Counted from the first letter of the stretch, positions 23,574 to 32,000 are shown. The stretch: 32,000 nucleotides of DNA from Opitutales bacterium (GCA_965219535.1 CBDCNV010000002.1:1470001-1502000); one strand, 5' to 3'. The notes: a model not told the origin generated them from the sequence alone. Made by a program: numbers and translations.

Positions 23574-25799
23574 TCATTCGATCGTTATCTCATCTACTTC
23601 GACGGTTAGGTCATCGCCATCTTCGTTAGTGAAGGTGGCATTTATACTTCGCGTGGGCTGAGGGGTGTTGTCGGACTTAAAATTGTTCTGGGTGATCAAT
23701 CGATCGAAGCCACGGGTTGTCGATCCGCTCTCGGCAACGACGATTGAAGCTCCATTTGTCTGAACGAGGTCACCTCCGGTTATACGTAATCCGGGGTTGC
23801 CGGCGGCGACGGTGAAGGACCCTTCTCCAAATAAGAGGTGAGGAACTGCATCGCCATCGGCATCGATGTCGCCGACGGTTAAGCGTACCGCGATCGGTAC
23901 TCCGCGCGCATCGATACCAACTTTGCCCGTGCTACCACTGAAAACTGTATTCGATAACTGCATGCCTCCCATTCCCGTTGAATTGATCACTTCGACGAGG
24001 GTGACGTCCGCTTGTGCATCATAGACTTGTCCCTCGGGGAAGAGTGCCTGGTTAACGGCATTGATTCTACCGACGGTGAAAATACTGAAGAAGGTATTGG
24101 AGTCTGCTCCATCGATAACTACACTGGGTCTTCCGGTGACATACTCGACTGCCTGGTTGTAGCGCGGGGGTATTGCCGGGGGCAGGAAAGTGGTCGGGTC
24201 GAGGGTTACAGTAAAGTTGCCTGCGCCTGAGAACTCTACCTGCACAATGTCCTCGGTTTCGTCCATGAAGGAGACGCGAGTGATCTGATTGGGTCTTGCC
24301 AGGAGCCGGATACTTTCCCCGGTGAGTAAAATCTGATCGAATACATTACCGTTAGGATGCTGAATATTTTCCCCGGCGATATCACCCGTTCCTTCAAGGA
24401 CCAGAGGCACGGAGGGAGCCGCAACTGTGATGACCGCGGTATCACTATCAGCTGTACCTTCGGCGTTAGTTATCTGTACCCAGAAGTTTGTATCCGCATT
24501 GAGTGCACCTGTGTCTAAGACATTGCTCGTAGCGCCGGTGACAGGACTGGCGGTGTCACCACTGTTACCGGTAAACCACTGGTAAGTTAAATCTTCACCG
24601 CTGGCGGCAACGGACAAACTCGCGGATGCACCTGATGCAACTTCCTGGCTCGTGGGTTGCGTAGTGATAGCTGGAGCATCTGCTGGAGGCGGTGCCTCAG
24701 ATCCAGTTCCGGGAGCACCAATGGGTGTAAATCCAAAATCGTCAATGGCGGTACGGCTTCTTTCAGGATTAATATTAGGATCATCCTTCATCACTATCCT
24801 GCTAATGCCACCCGGGGCTCCCAGTTCCACTGCATTAATCGTTACAAAGCCAGGTTTGAACTCAGGTGTTATATCCCCTTCTAAATTTGTAAGGGTGGCG
24901 ATTAAGTTATCGTTTGTATCATAGACATCAACTGACCCATCGACATCTGAGCTACCTGATAAGACCACGGTAGCCCCGAAAAAATCAATTTCATATGCAG
25001 GGGTTTCAAAGGTAACAGTCGCTTCTTCACCATTAAATATCGCATAAGTATGAGGAATTGATCGCACACGTCCACCAGCAGCAGGTTCACCAAAAAATTG
25101 GATGAGACCTCCTTCAAAAGAAGCAGTAGTGGGTGGCGTTCCAATGACTAACGGTTCTGACTGACCTGCGCCCGCGCCAAATTCACTAAACATTGTGTAA
25201 AAAGTGTTGTTAGAGGGAAAATCCGTCAGGGTGAATCCCAGGTCATCGAGTGATAATTTTCCGGTTACATTCGAAAGCTTTACTTCAATAATGCCGCCGA
25301 GAAAGTTAAAATCATCTTCATCAAAAAAATTACCACTCTCTGCGACAAAGCTATATAATGTGGGGTTGGTATCGGGGCTGATATTAGTCGGCAGCCCTTC
25401 GATTACGCCGTCCTCGCCGATAAGGACGATCGCCTGACTATCTGCTCCGAACGCCGATTCATTGAGCACTCCCCTGATCTCCATCCTGCCAGCACCCGTG
25501 TTCTCAGCCGCATAAAATTCAATAAATTGAAGGCCTCTTGAGGATGAAATTCTCCCCTCCTGTCCAGGTGCCAGGGTTATCGCTTTTGTACCTGAATGTA
25601 AGAGCGCAGGATCCTCTAAAGTCTCCACAGTAAAACCGGATAGCGTAACCGTGTTTGGCTCCTGACCTATGATGATATTGCCTTCACCGCTGATGTCCTC
25701 GAAATCGGTGAACACCTCCAGGTCTTGAGGCAGGGCAATGAGAAGCAGCGGGGATAAAGTTGAGAAAATTATGAGCGCGAGAGAATTTTTGAAGAACAT
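23574..25799 (-). CDS. Secreted 741-aa protein, tandem paralog 1. Domains: signal peptide, two divergent beta-sandwich-like modules ending in (I/L)DD(L/F)GFT, an Ig-like domain, a ~255-aa invariant C-terminal domain and an acidic tail. No family recognised.
   Basis: Signal peptide MFFKNSLALIIFSTLSPLLLIALP. Ig-like block ITTQPTSQEVASGASASLSVAASGEDLTYQWF...VQITNAEGTADSDTAVITV. The C-terminal 281 aa are nearly identical to paralog 2. Confidence 0.9.
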   Translation of the reverse strand: MFFKNSLALIIFSTLSPLLLIALPQDLEVFTDFEDISGEGNIIIGQEPNTVTLSGFTVETLEDPALLHSGTKAITLAPGQEGRISSSRGLQFIEFYAAENTGAGRMEIRGVLNESAFGADSQAIVLIGEDGVIEGLPTNISPDTNPTLYSFVAESGNFFDEDDFNFLGGIIEVKLSNVTGKLSLDDLGFTLTDFPSNNTFYTMFSEFGAGAGQSEPLVIGTPPTTASFEGGLIQFFGEPAAGGRVRSIPHTYAIFNGEEATVTFETPAYEIDFFGATVVLSGSSDVDGSVDVYDTNDNLIATLTNLEGDITPEFKPGFVTINAVELGAPGGISRIVMKDDPNINPERSRTAIDDFGFTPIGAPGTGSEAPPPADAPAITTQPTSQEVASGASASLSVAASGEDLTYQWFTGNSGDTASPVTGATSNVLDTGALNADTNFWVQITNAEGTADSDTAVITVAAPSVPLVLEGTGDIAGENIQHPNGNVFDQILLTGESIRLLARPNQITRVSFMDETEDIVQVEFSGAGNFTVTLDPTTFLPPAIPPRYNQAVEYVTGRPSVVIDGADSNTFFSIFTVGRINAVNQALFPEGQVYDAQADVTLVEVINSTGMGGMQLSNTVFSGSTGKVGIDARGVPIAVRLTVGDIDADGDAVPHLLFGEGSFTVAAGNPGLRITGGDLVQTNGASIVVAESGSTTRGFDRLITQNNFKSDNTPQPTRSINATFTNEDGDDLTVEVDEITIE

Positions 25800-25840
25800 G
25801 GCGATCCCATTTGTCCGGTTAATATTAAAACGTATGAATT

Positions 25841-25869
25841 TAATTAATGGCTAACGGCTGCCCCGTCAA
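25841..25869 (-). promoter_or_regulatory. Sigma70-like promoter of paralog 1: TTGACG, 17-nt spacer, TAATTA
   Basis: Minus strand: -35 at 25869-25864 and -10 at 25846-25841, about 42 nt upstream of the ATG. The same architecture is conserved upstream of all three paralogs. Confidence 0.5.
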
Positions 25870-26054
25870 ATTTTAACCGCGGATAACACGGATGAACGCC
25901 GATAAAATAAATAGTGAAGATTGTTAGCCACAAAAGGCACAAGAGGCACAAGAAAGAAATTTGCACCGCAGAGGCTCAGAGGCGCAGAGGTGGAATTGGA
26001 GGAGTCTAAAGTCGGAGGTCGAAAGTCGAAAGTTGGAAAAAGCAAAATATTGTT

Positions 26055-26225
26055 CAGTTGAAACACGGTGCTTGATCGTCAATGTCATCCTTCCCGCAGA
26101 TGCGGGAGGATTGACTACGGCTGATCCCTAGCGCTTTTTTTAAATAATGATTTAAAAAAACGCGTAGGAAACATCCGACACTCAGCGATGCTGAGTTATT
26201 GAGATCAAGCACCGTGTTTCAACTG
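26055..26225 (+). repeat. Core element copy H (forward), 256 nt upstream of the paralog 1 start codon
   Basis: CAGTTGAAACACGGTGCTTGATCGTCAAT ... ATTGAGATCAAGCACCGTGTTTCAACTG. First hairpin: GTCATCCTTCCCGCA-GA-TGCGGGAGGATTGAC. Confidence 0.9.
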
Positions 26226-26361
26226 AGCTCTCTTTCCGAACTTCCCGTTCTTCCTGTAAAATCTTTTTTGTGCTTCTTGTGCCTCTTGTGGCCAACTCTA
26301 CTTTTACCCTGCGTCTCTGCGGTGAACTTTCTTAATCTAAAACCTTACACTGATCGATAAA

Positions 26362-28557
26362 TCACTCGATCGTTATTTCATCCACCTCGACGGTTATCTC
26401 TTCATCGTCCTCATTGATAAAGGTTGCATTAATGATCTGTGTGGGCTGAGGAGTGTTGTCGGACTTAAAATTGTTCTGGGTGATCAATCGATCGAAACCG
26501 CGGGTTGTCGATCCGCTCTCGGCGACAACGATTGAAGCTCCATTTGTCTGAACGAGGTCTCCCCCGGTGATGCGTAAACCGGGGTTGCCAGCGGCGACGG
26601 TGAAGGACCCTTCACCGAACAAGAGGTGAGGCACTGCATCGCCATCGGCATCGATGTCACCGACGGTTAAGCGTACCGCGATGGGTACTCCGCGCGCATC
26701 GATACCAACTTTACCCGTGCTACCACTGAAAACTGTATTCGATAACTGCATGCCTCCCATTCCCGTTGAGTTGATCACTTCGACGAGGGTCACGTCCGCT
26801 TGTGCATCGTAGACCTGTCCCTCGGGGAAGAGTGCCTGGTTAACGGCATTGATTCTACCAACGGTGAAAATACTGAAGAAGGTATTGGAGTTTGCTCCAT
26901 CGATGACAACGCTGGGTCTGCCCGTGACATACTCGACTGCCTGGTTGTAGCGTGGGGGTATTGCCGGGGGCAGGAAAGTGGTCGGGTCGAGGGTCACAGT
27001 AAAGTTGCCTGCCCCTGAAAACTCTACCTGTACTATGTCCTCGGTTTCGTCCATGAAGGAGACGCGAGTAATCTGGTTGGGTCTTGCCAGGAGCCGGATG
27101 CTTTCCCCGGTGAGTAAAATCTGGTCGAAGACATTACCGTTCGGGTGTTGAATGTTTTCCCCGGCGATATCCCCCGTTCCTTCCAGGACCAATGGTACGG
27201 AGGGAGCTATAACTGTGATGACTGCGGTGTCGCTATCCACACTCGTTCCCGATACCTGGCTTACCCGCACCCAGCAACTCGAATTCTCGTTTACTTCCCC
27301 TTTGTCTAAGGTGCTACTAGTGGCTCCGGCTATTGGATTAGAGGTGTCGCCACTGTTGCCAAGATACCATTGGTAGGAGAGGCCATCGCCACTGGCGGTG
27401 ACTGATACGAGAACTGAGGTGCTGATCGACACTTCCTGGCTCGCGGGTTGAGTGGTGATGGTTGGTGCATCAGCAGGGGGCGGAGATGATGTGTCAGTGC
27501 CGGGAGCGCCGATGGGAGTAAATCCTAAGTCATCAATTCTAGTTCGACTGAACAGTGGGTTTACATTGGGATCGTCTATTAAGACCAACCTGCTAATGCC
27601 GCCCGGTGCTCCCAATTCAACCGCATTGATCGTTATAAAATCAGGTTTAAAATCGGGACTGAGATCAGCTTCAAAATCCGAAAAAGTTGCGAGCAGGTTA
27701 TCCTCTGTATCGTATACTTCAACCGAACTATCAGGATCGGTACTGCTCGAAGTTACAATCGTTCCCCCGAAAAAATCCACCTCGAAGACTGGAGTTTCAA
27801 AAGTGATGGTCGCGGTTTCGCCGTTTTGTATGTTGTAAGCAAAAATGGTGCGCCCACCGTCAAAAATAAACCCACCTGTTAAGGTGGCACTAAACGGCGA
27901 TTCCCCAACGATAATCGGAGCTGATATACCGTCACCCCCACTCAGTTCATCAAAGGTAGTAAAGACGGTGTTGTTGACGGGTCTATCAGTCAGGGTGATT
28001 CCCAAATCATCAAGGGAAAATTTTCCTGAAACATTGAATACCTTCATTTCTTCAATGCCGTTAAGAAAATCAAAATCAGTGGTATCGAGGAAACTATTAC
28101 TGTCGGAGACAAAACTATATAAGGGGGGATCGGAGCCAGGGCTGATATCACTCGACAGATTTTCGACAATGCCATTATAGACGACCGAGGTTAATATCAG
28201 ATCATCCAGGTCTATATAGATTTTACCTCTGAACTCGATCTTGCCAGCGCCCGCCGATTCAGCCGCATAGAATTGAATCAGTTGAATCCCTCCTCTTTCC
28301 GCTACTATTTTCCCCTCCTGACCGGGCCCGAGGGTTATCGCTTTTGTTCCAGAGTGTAGTAGCGATGGATCCTCTAAAGTCTCTACGGTGAAGCCCACTA
28401 ACTTGACCCTGTTTGGCACTTCCCCGATGAAAAATTCACCTTCACCACTGATGTCCTCGAAATCCGTGAATATCTCCAAGTCCTGAGGCAGAGCTGAAAG
28501 GAGAAGTGGGGATAGAATGGAAAAAATTATGAGCGTTAGAGAATTTTTAAATGACAT
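26362..28557 (-). CDS. Secreted protein, tandem paralog 2 (731 aa from ATG 28557; the ORF track extends it to 28587)
   Basis: The MSFKNSLTLIIFSILSPLLLSALP signal peptide aligns with the starts of paralogs 1 and 3 (CATGGC(G/T)ATCC context). The architecture is the same. The 3' ~790 nt are about 94% identical to paralog 1. Confidence 0.9.
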   Translation of the reverse strand: MSFKNSLTLIIFSILSPLLLSALPQDLEIFTDFEDISGEGEFFIGEVPNRVKLVGFTVETLEDPSLLHSGTKAITLGPGQEGKIVAERGGIQLIQFYAAESAGAGKIEFRGKIYIDLDDLILTSVVYNGIVENLSSDISPGSDPPLYSFVSDSNSFLDTTDFDFLNGIEEMKVFNVSGKFSLDDLGITLTDRPVNNTVFTTFDELSGGDGISAPIIVGESPFSATLTGGFIFDGGRTIFAYNIQNGETATITFETPVFEVDFFGGTIVTSSSTDPDSSVEVYDTEDNLLATFSDFEADLSPDFKPDFITINAVELGAPGGISRLVLIDDPNVNPLFSRTRIDDLGFTPIGAPGTDTSSPPPADAPTITTQPASQEVSISTSVLVSVTASGDGLSYQWYLGNSGDTSNPIAGATSSTLDKGEVNENSSCWVRVSQVSGTSVDSDTAVITVIAPSVPLVLEGTGDIAGENIQHPNGNVFDQILLTGESIRLLARPNQITRVSFMDETEDIVQVEFSGAGNFTVTLDPTTFLPPAIPPRYNQAVEYVTGRPSVVIDGANSNTFFSIFTVGRINAVNQALFPEGQVYDAQADVTLVEVINSTGMGGMQLSNTVFSGSTGKVGIDARGVPIAVRLTVGDIDADGDAVPHLLFGEGSFTVAAGNPGLRITGGDLVQTNGASIVVAESGSTTRGFDRLITQNNFKSDNTPQPTQIINATFINEDDEEITVEVDEITIE

Positions 28558-28598
28558 GGCTATCCCTGTTGTCCGGTTAATATTCAAGCGATTGAATT

Positions 28599-28627
28599 TA
28601 ATTAATAGCTATGAGTCCCCCCGTCAA
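28599..28627 (-). promoter_or_regulatory. Sigma70-like promoter of paralog 2: TTGACG, 17-nt spacer, TAATTA
   Basis: Minus strand: -35 at 28627-28622 and -10 at 28604-28599. The leader ...AATATTAACCGGACAA..GGGAT.GCCATG is homologous to that of paralog 1. Confidence 0.5.
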
Positions 28628-28634
28628 ACTATAG

Positions 28635-28666
28635 GTCAAAAAGTCAAAAGGTCAAAAAGTCAAAAA
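28635..28666 (+). repeat. GTCAAAAR octamer array (4 units), 7 nt from the paralog 2 -35 box
   Basis: GTCAAAAA GTCAAAAG GTCAAAAA GTCAAAAA. On the minus strand this reads as TTGAC every 8 nt. Confidence 0.85.
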
Positions 28667-28842
28667 GGGAAGAGCGGTGCAATGTCGGATTGCAGATGTC
28701 GGAATGTAAGATGTCGAGCTTAGCTTTCGGTAGCGGATTGATCTGGAATGGCAGGTTATCAAACTTCTCTCTTGATAACAGATTGGTAATGGATTGCCGC
28801 GCTGCGCTCGCAATGACAAAAAGGGGGGGAATTCAGTGGGAA

Positions 28843-28926
28843 CAGTGAACAGTGAACAGTGAACAGTGAACAGTGAACAGTGAACAGTGAACAGTGAACA
28901 GTGAACAGTGAACAGTGAACAGTGAA
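28843..28926 (+). repeat. Perfect heptanucleotide microsatellite (CAGTGAA)x12 between paralog 3 and the paralog 2 promoter
   Basis: I counted 12 uninterrupted units. Shorter CAGTGAA/GGTGAAC runs occur at 9142-9181, 13360-13388 and 23402-23427. Confidence 0.95.
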
Positions 28927-28970
28927 AGAGCAGTGACACCTAACACATAATAGGCATTAGGTCTCCTACA

Positions 28971-28994
28971 TTTTGACTTTTTGACCTTTTTGAC
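28971..28994 (-). repeat. GTCAAAAR array immediately after the paralog 3 stop codon, in that gene's sense orientation
   Basis: The reverse complement reads TAG G GTCAAAAAG GTCAAAAA GTCAAAA. Confidence 0.85.
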
Positions 28995-28995
28995 C

Positions 28996-31230
28996 CTACT
29001 CAATCGTCAACTCCTCGACGGCAACTTCGATCGCATCGCCATCCTCGTTCGCGAAGGTGGCATCAATACTCAGTGTCGGCTGAGGGGTGTTGTCGGACTT
29101 GAAGTTGTTCTGTGTGATCAGGGTGTCAAACCCGGTCGTTGTCGAACCACTCTCGGCGACGACAACAGCGGCACCGTTTGTCTGCAAGAGGTCTCCACCC
29201 GTGATCCGTAACCCGGGGTTGCCGGCTGGAACGGTGAAGGAGCCTGAGCCAAACAGAATGTGCGGTACCGCATCGCCACTGGCATCGATATCGCCAATCG
29301 TTAAGCGTACCCCGATAGGTACTCCACGCGCGTCGATACCGGTCTTGCCCGTACTTCCACTAAACGCGGTGTTCGACAGTTGTATGCCGCCCATTCCCGT
29401 GGAATTAACAATCTCAACAAGGGTAACGTCAGCCTGCGCATCATAAACCTGTCCCTCGGGGAAGAGGGCCTGGTTAAAGGCGTTTATCCTACCCACGGTG
29501 AAGATACTGAAGAAGGTATTGGCGTCCGCTCCTTCGATCACGACGCTCGGTTTGCCCGTCACGTACTCAACGGCCTGGTTGTAGCGTGGTGGGATGGCCG
29601 GGGGAAGGAAGGTGGCCGGATCCAGGGTTACAGTAAAGGTCCCATTACCTGAGAATTCCACCTGTACGATGTCCTCGGTTTCATCCATAAAGGAGACGCG
29701 AGTAATCTGATTCGGTCTCGCCTGTAACCGGATGGTTTCTCCAGTGAGTAAAATCTGGTCGAAGACATTACCGTTGGCATGCTGGATATTTTCACCTGCA
29801 ATGTCACCCGTACCGTCGAGGACGAGAGGAACGGCGGGAGCCGCTACGGTTACGACCGCGGTATCGCTGTTCGCGGTACCCCCGGCGTTAGTAATCTGAA
29901 CCCAGAAGCTGGTGCTCGCGGAAAGCGCACCCGTGTCTAAGGTTCCAGCGATCGCGCCGGCGACGGGACTGGCGGTGTCACCGCTGTTACCGGTATACCA
30001 CTGGTAGGTTAAATCGTCACCGCTGGCAGCAACGGACAAACTCGCGGATGCACCGGATGCAATTTCCTGGCTTGCAGGTTGGGTCGTGATCGCAGGAGCA
30101 GCAGCGGGTGGGGGACCCTCTGATCCGCTACCCGGGAATCCAACCGGGGTATATCCAAAATCGTCGATGCAAGTAGTACCGTCTTCATTATTAGTAGGGT
30201 GATCTCTCAATACAATTCTACTTATACCATCTGGTATCCCTAAGTCACCTGCATTAATATTTACAGAACCGGGTTTAAAGAGGGGGTCAACAGAAGATTC
30301 TAAATTATCAATCGTAACGACTAAGTTGTCGTTTGTATCATATACGTCGATAAATCCATCTGGTAAAATCCCTTCTTTTGGTGGTGTACCCTGAGTTGCG
30401 AACACATCAATTTTATAGGCCGGTGTTTCAAAAGTGATCGTTGCTTCCACACCATTCGTTACTCCATATGCATAAGCTGCAGATCGGACATTGCACCCGA
30501 AACGAGCGAATTCAGAATGAACAGCTCCTCCCTCAATAGTAGCAATATAAGGCGGCATCCCAAGGATTATCGGTTCAAACTCCCCATCACCTGCACCATA
30601 TGTATCAAACTCTTCGTAAACAGTGTTGTTTGAGGGGAAGTCGGTCAGGGTGAATCCGAGGTCATCGATCACCAGTTTTCCCGTAACATTTAAAAACTTA
30701 ACGTTATTTATCCCGTTATGGAAATCAAGATCGGTGTTATCAAAAAAACTGCCGCTGTCTCCGACCCAGCTATATAAAGTCGGATTGGCACCGGGGCTTA
30801 TATTTGCCGGTAGTCCTGTGATAACAGCACCAGCTTCAATACCACCGAGGACGAGTTCAGTGTGCCTATCAGCGCCTCCGGAAGCACCGACATTTTTAAT
30901 CCCTCTTACTTCTATTTTGCCCGCCCCTGTCGATTCACCCGCGTATAATTGAAGAAATTGTAGCCCTCTGCTGGAGATTATTTGCCCCTCCTGTCCGGGG
31001 CCCAGGGTGAGCGCCTTGGTTCCCGAATGTAATTGCGCCGGATCTTCTAAAGTTTCCACCGTGAAACCGACCAAGGTAATCACGTTTGGCTCCTCGCCGA
31101 TGAAGATCGTCCCTTCTCCACTGACATTTTCAAAATCGGTGAATATTTCCAGATCTTGAGGGAGGGCGATGAGAAGAAGAGGTGAAAAAACTGAGAAAAT
31201 AATGAGTGTTAGAGTATTTTTGAATGACAT
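28996..31230 (-). CDS. Secreted 744-aa protein, tandem paralog 3 (most divergent of the three)
   Basis: MSFKNTLTLIIFSVFSPLLLIALP signal peptide and the same domain order. The C-terminal domain is about 85-90% identical at the protein level to paralogs 1 and 2. Confidence 0.9.
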   Translation of the reverse strand: MSFKNTLTLIIFSVFSPLLLIALPQDLEIFTDFENVSGEGTIFIGEEPNVITLVGFTVETLEDPAQLHSGTKALTLGPGQEGQIISSRGLQFLQLYAGESTGAGKIEVRGIKNVGASGGADRHTELVLGGIEAGAVITGLPANISPGANPTLYSWVGDSGSFFDNTDLDFHNGINNVKFLNVTGKLVIDDLGFTLTDFPSNNTVYEEFDTYGAGDGEFEPIILGMPPYIATIEGGAVHSEFARFGCNVRSAAYAYGVTNGVEATITFETPAYKIDVFATQGTPPKEGILPDGFIDVYDTNDNLVVTIDNLESSVDPLFKPGSVNINAGDLGIPDGISRIVLRDHPTNNEDGTTCIDDFGYTPVGFPGSGSEGPPPAAAPAITTQPASQEIASGASASLSVAASGDDLTYQWYTGNSGDTASPVAGAIAGTLDTGALSASTSFWVQITNAGGTANSDTAVVTVAAPAVPLVLDGTGDIAGENIQHANGNVFDQILLTGETIRLQARPNQITRVSFMDETEDIVQVEFSGNGTFTVTLDPATFLPPAIPPRYNQAVEYVTGKPSVVIEGADANTFFSIFTVGRINAFNQALFPEGQVYDAQADVTLVEIVNSTGMGGIQLSNTAFSGSTGKTGIDARGVPIGVRLTIGDIDASGDAVPHILFGSGSFTVPAGNPGLRITGGDLLQTNGAAVVVAESGSTTTGFDTLITQNNFKSDNTPQPTLSIDATFANEDGDAIEVAVEELTIE

Positions 31231-31271
31231 GGCGATCCCTGATAAAGCGTTAAAATATAAGTGATTGAAAT

Positions 31272-31299
31272 TTATTAAGAGGTGTTATCCGGGTGTCAA
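31272..31299 (-). promoter_or_regulatory. Sigma70-like promoter of paralog 3: TTGACA, 16-nt spacer, TAATAA
   Basis: Minus strand: -35 at 31299-31294 and -10 at 31277-31272. The 14-bp perfect palindrome TTATCCGCGGATAA (31303-31316) abuts the -35. Confidence 0.45.
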
Positions 31300-31485
31300 A
31301 TTTTATCCGCGGATAACGCGGATGGGAAATAGAGGAGTCGAAAGTCGAAGATCGATCAGGGAATAGCCACAAAAAGCACAAAAGGCACAAAACCGAAATT
31401 TGCACCGCAGAGGCGCAGAGGTGGAATTGGAGGAGTCTAAAGTCTAAGGTCGAAAGTCGAAAGTGGGAAAAAGCAAAATGTTGTT

Positions 31486-31655
31486 CAGGTGAAACACGGT
31501 GCATGATCTCAATGTCATCCATCCCGCAGATGCGGGAGGATTGACAATGGCTATTCCTAACGCGTTTTTTAAAATCATGATTTTTAAAAACGCGTAGGAA
31601 ACAGCCGACACTCAGCTGTGCTGAGTTATTGCGATCAAGCACCGTGTTTCACCTG
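31486..31655 (+). repeat. Core element copy I (forward), 256 nt upstream of the paralog 3 start codon
   Basis: Same architecture, embedded in an upstream region homologous to 25800-26054. Confidence 0.9.
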
Positions 31656-31887
31656 ATAGTTGTTCTCTGTCATACTATAAAATCCATAGTAATGTCTTTT
31701 CTCCAACTTAATTCCTAATCCGTGCTATCTGCGTCACCCGCGGTTCACTCTCCCCGATCTTCCCGGCTTTCCTGTAAAATCTTTATAATTTATTTCATCT
31801 GTGTTATCTGCGGTTCAATTTCTTAACCTAAAACCTAACACTTAAAACTTAACACGCGCTTTAGCGCTTCTCTGCGGTGAATGGGAT

Positions 31888-32000
31888 CTATCTTAAGTTC
31901 GAGAGATCATAGTCGGGGTGGTTTTCGGTGATTGCCTGGAGTTGGATCTGCGTAAAGTTGGGATCGTTGAGGGCTAGCTTGTCAAAATACACGAGCACTT
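31888..32000 (-). CDS. 3' end of a minus-strand CDS continuing beyond the window; product unknown
   Basis: The reverse frame is open from 31998 to TAG (31888-31890) and translates to VLVYFDKLALNDPNFTQIQLQAITENHPDYDLSNLR*. Confidence 0.4.
   Translation of the reverse strand, partial: VLVYFDKLALNDPNFTQIQLQAITENHPDYDLSNLR

Noticed and set aside
28558-28587. A 10-codon N-terminal extension of paralog 2 (MNINRTTGIA) given in the ORF track.
   Set aside because: Paralogs 1 and 3 start at the homologous MSFKN/MFFKN methionine, with the same CATGGC(G/T)ATCC context and conserved leader. The extension would place charged residues ahead of the signal peptide and overlap the leader.
23574-31230. Diversity-generating retroelement or cassette-based antigenic variation acting on the three paralogs.
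   Set aside because: No reverse transcriptase or template repeat is present. The divergence is spread over about 1.1 kb with indels rather than being adenine-focused in a short variable region. All three copies are full-length with their own promoters rather than silent cassettes.
1-32000. tRNA, rRNA, tmRNA or known riboswitch genes.
   Set aside because: I saw no cloverleaf-compatible segment with a GTTCRANYC T-loop, no rRNA-like conserved blocks and no familiar riboswitch cores in any spacer. This was by-eye inspection only, so tRNAscan-SE and Infernal should confirm it.

Overview
A 32-kb bacterial chromosomal window with about 21 protein-coding genes on both strands. By my tally it is only about 73% coding, which is low for a bacterium. 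The genes include a formylglycine-type sulfatase, a SASA/DUF303 esterase, three PhyH-family Fe(II)/2OG dioxygenases, two VOC/glyoxalase proteins, a type II HAD dehalogenase, a gamma-glutamyltransferase, an amidohydrolase, a membrane desaturase, an SBP-permease fusion and an IS481-type insertion sequence. This content suggests a marine PVC-type heterotroph (Verrucomicrobia, Lentisphaerae or Planctomycetes-like), but that is inference only. I found no rRNA, tRNA or CRISPR array. The most unusual content is non-coding. Almost every intergenic region (350-860 bp) is assembled from a shared vocabulary of short-period repeats: GTCAAAAR octamers, GTCNAAR heptamers, GGCACAAGA nonamers, CCTGAAC and CAGTGAA heptamers, TTAGGTKT octamers, CACGAAT words, AACCGCGGATAA words and others. 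Nine intergenic regions also carry a ~170-nt element with 28-bp terminal inverted repeats and three internal hairpins. Those hairpins show compensatory base changes between copies. The element's interior occurs in both orientations inside identical asymmetric flanks, as expected of an inverton, a MITE or a structured RNA. The second highlight is three tandem paralogous genes (741-744 aa). Each has a signal peptide, a divergent N-terminal half, and a C-terminal domain kept almost invariant at the protein level despite many synonymous differences. Each also has its own conserved sigma70-like promoter. An orphan 3' fragment of a fourth family member lies 19 kb away, fused to the stop codon of an unrelated gene. 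All family assignments come from motif recognition by eye; no database search was possible.
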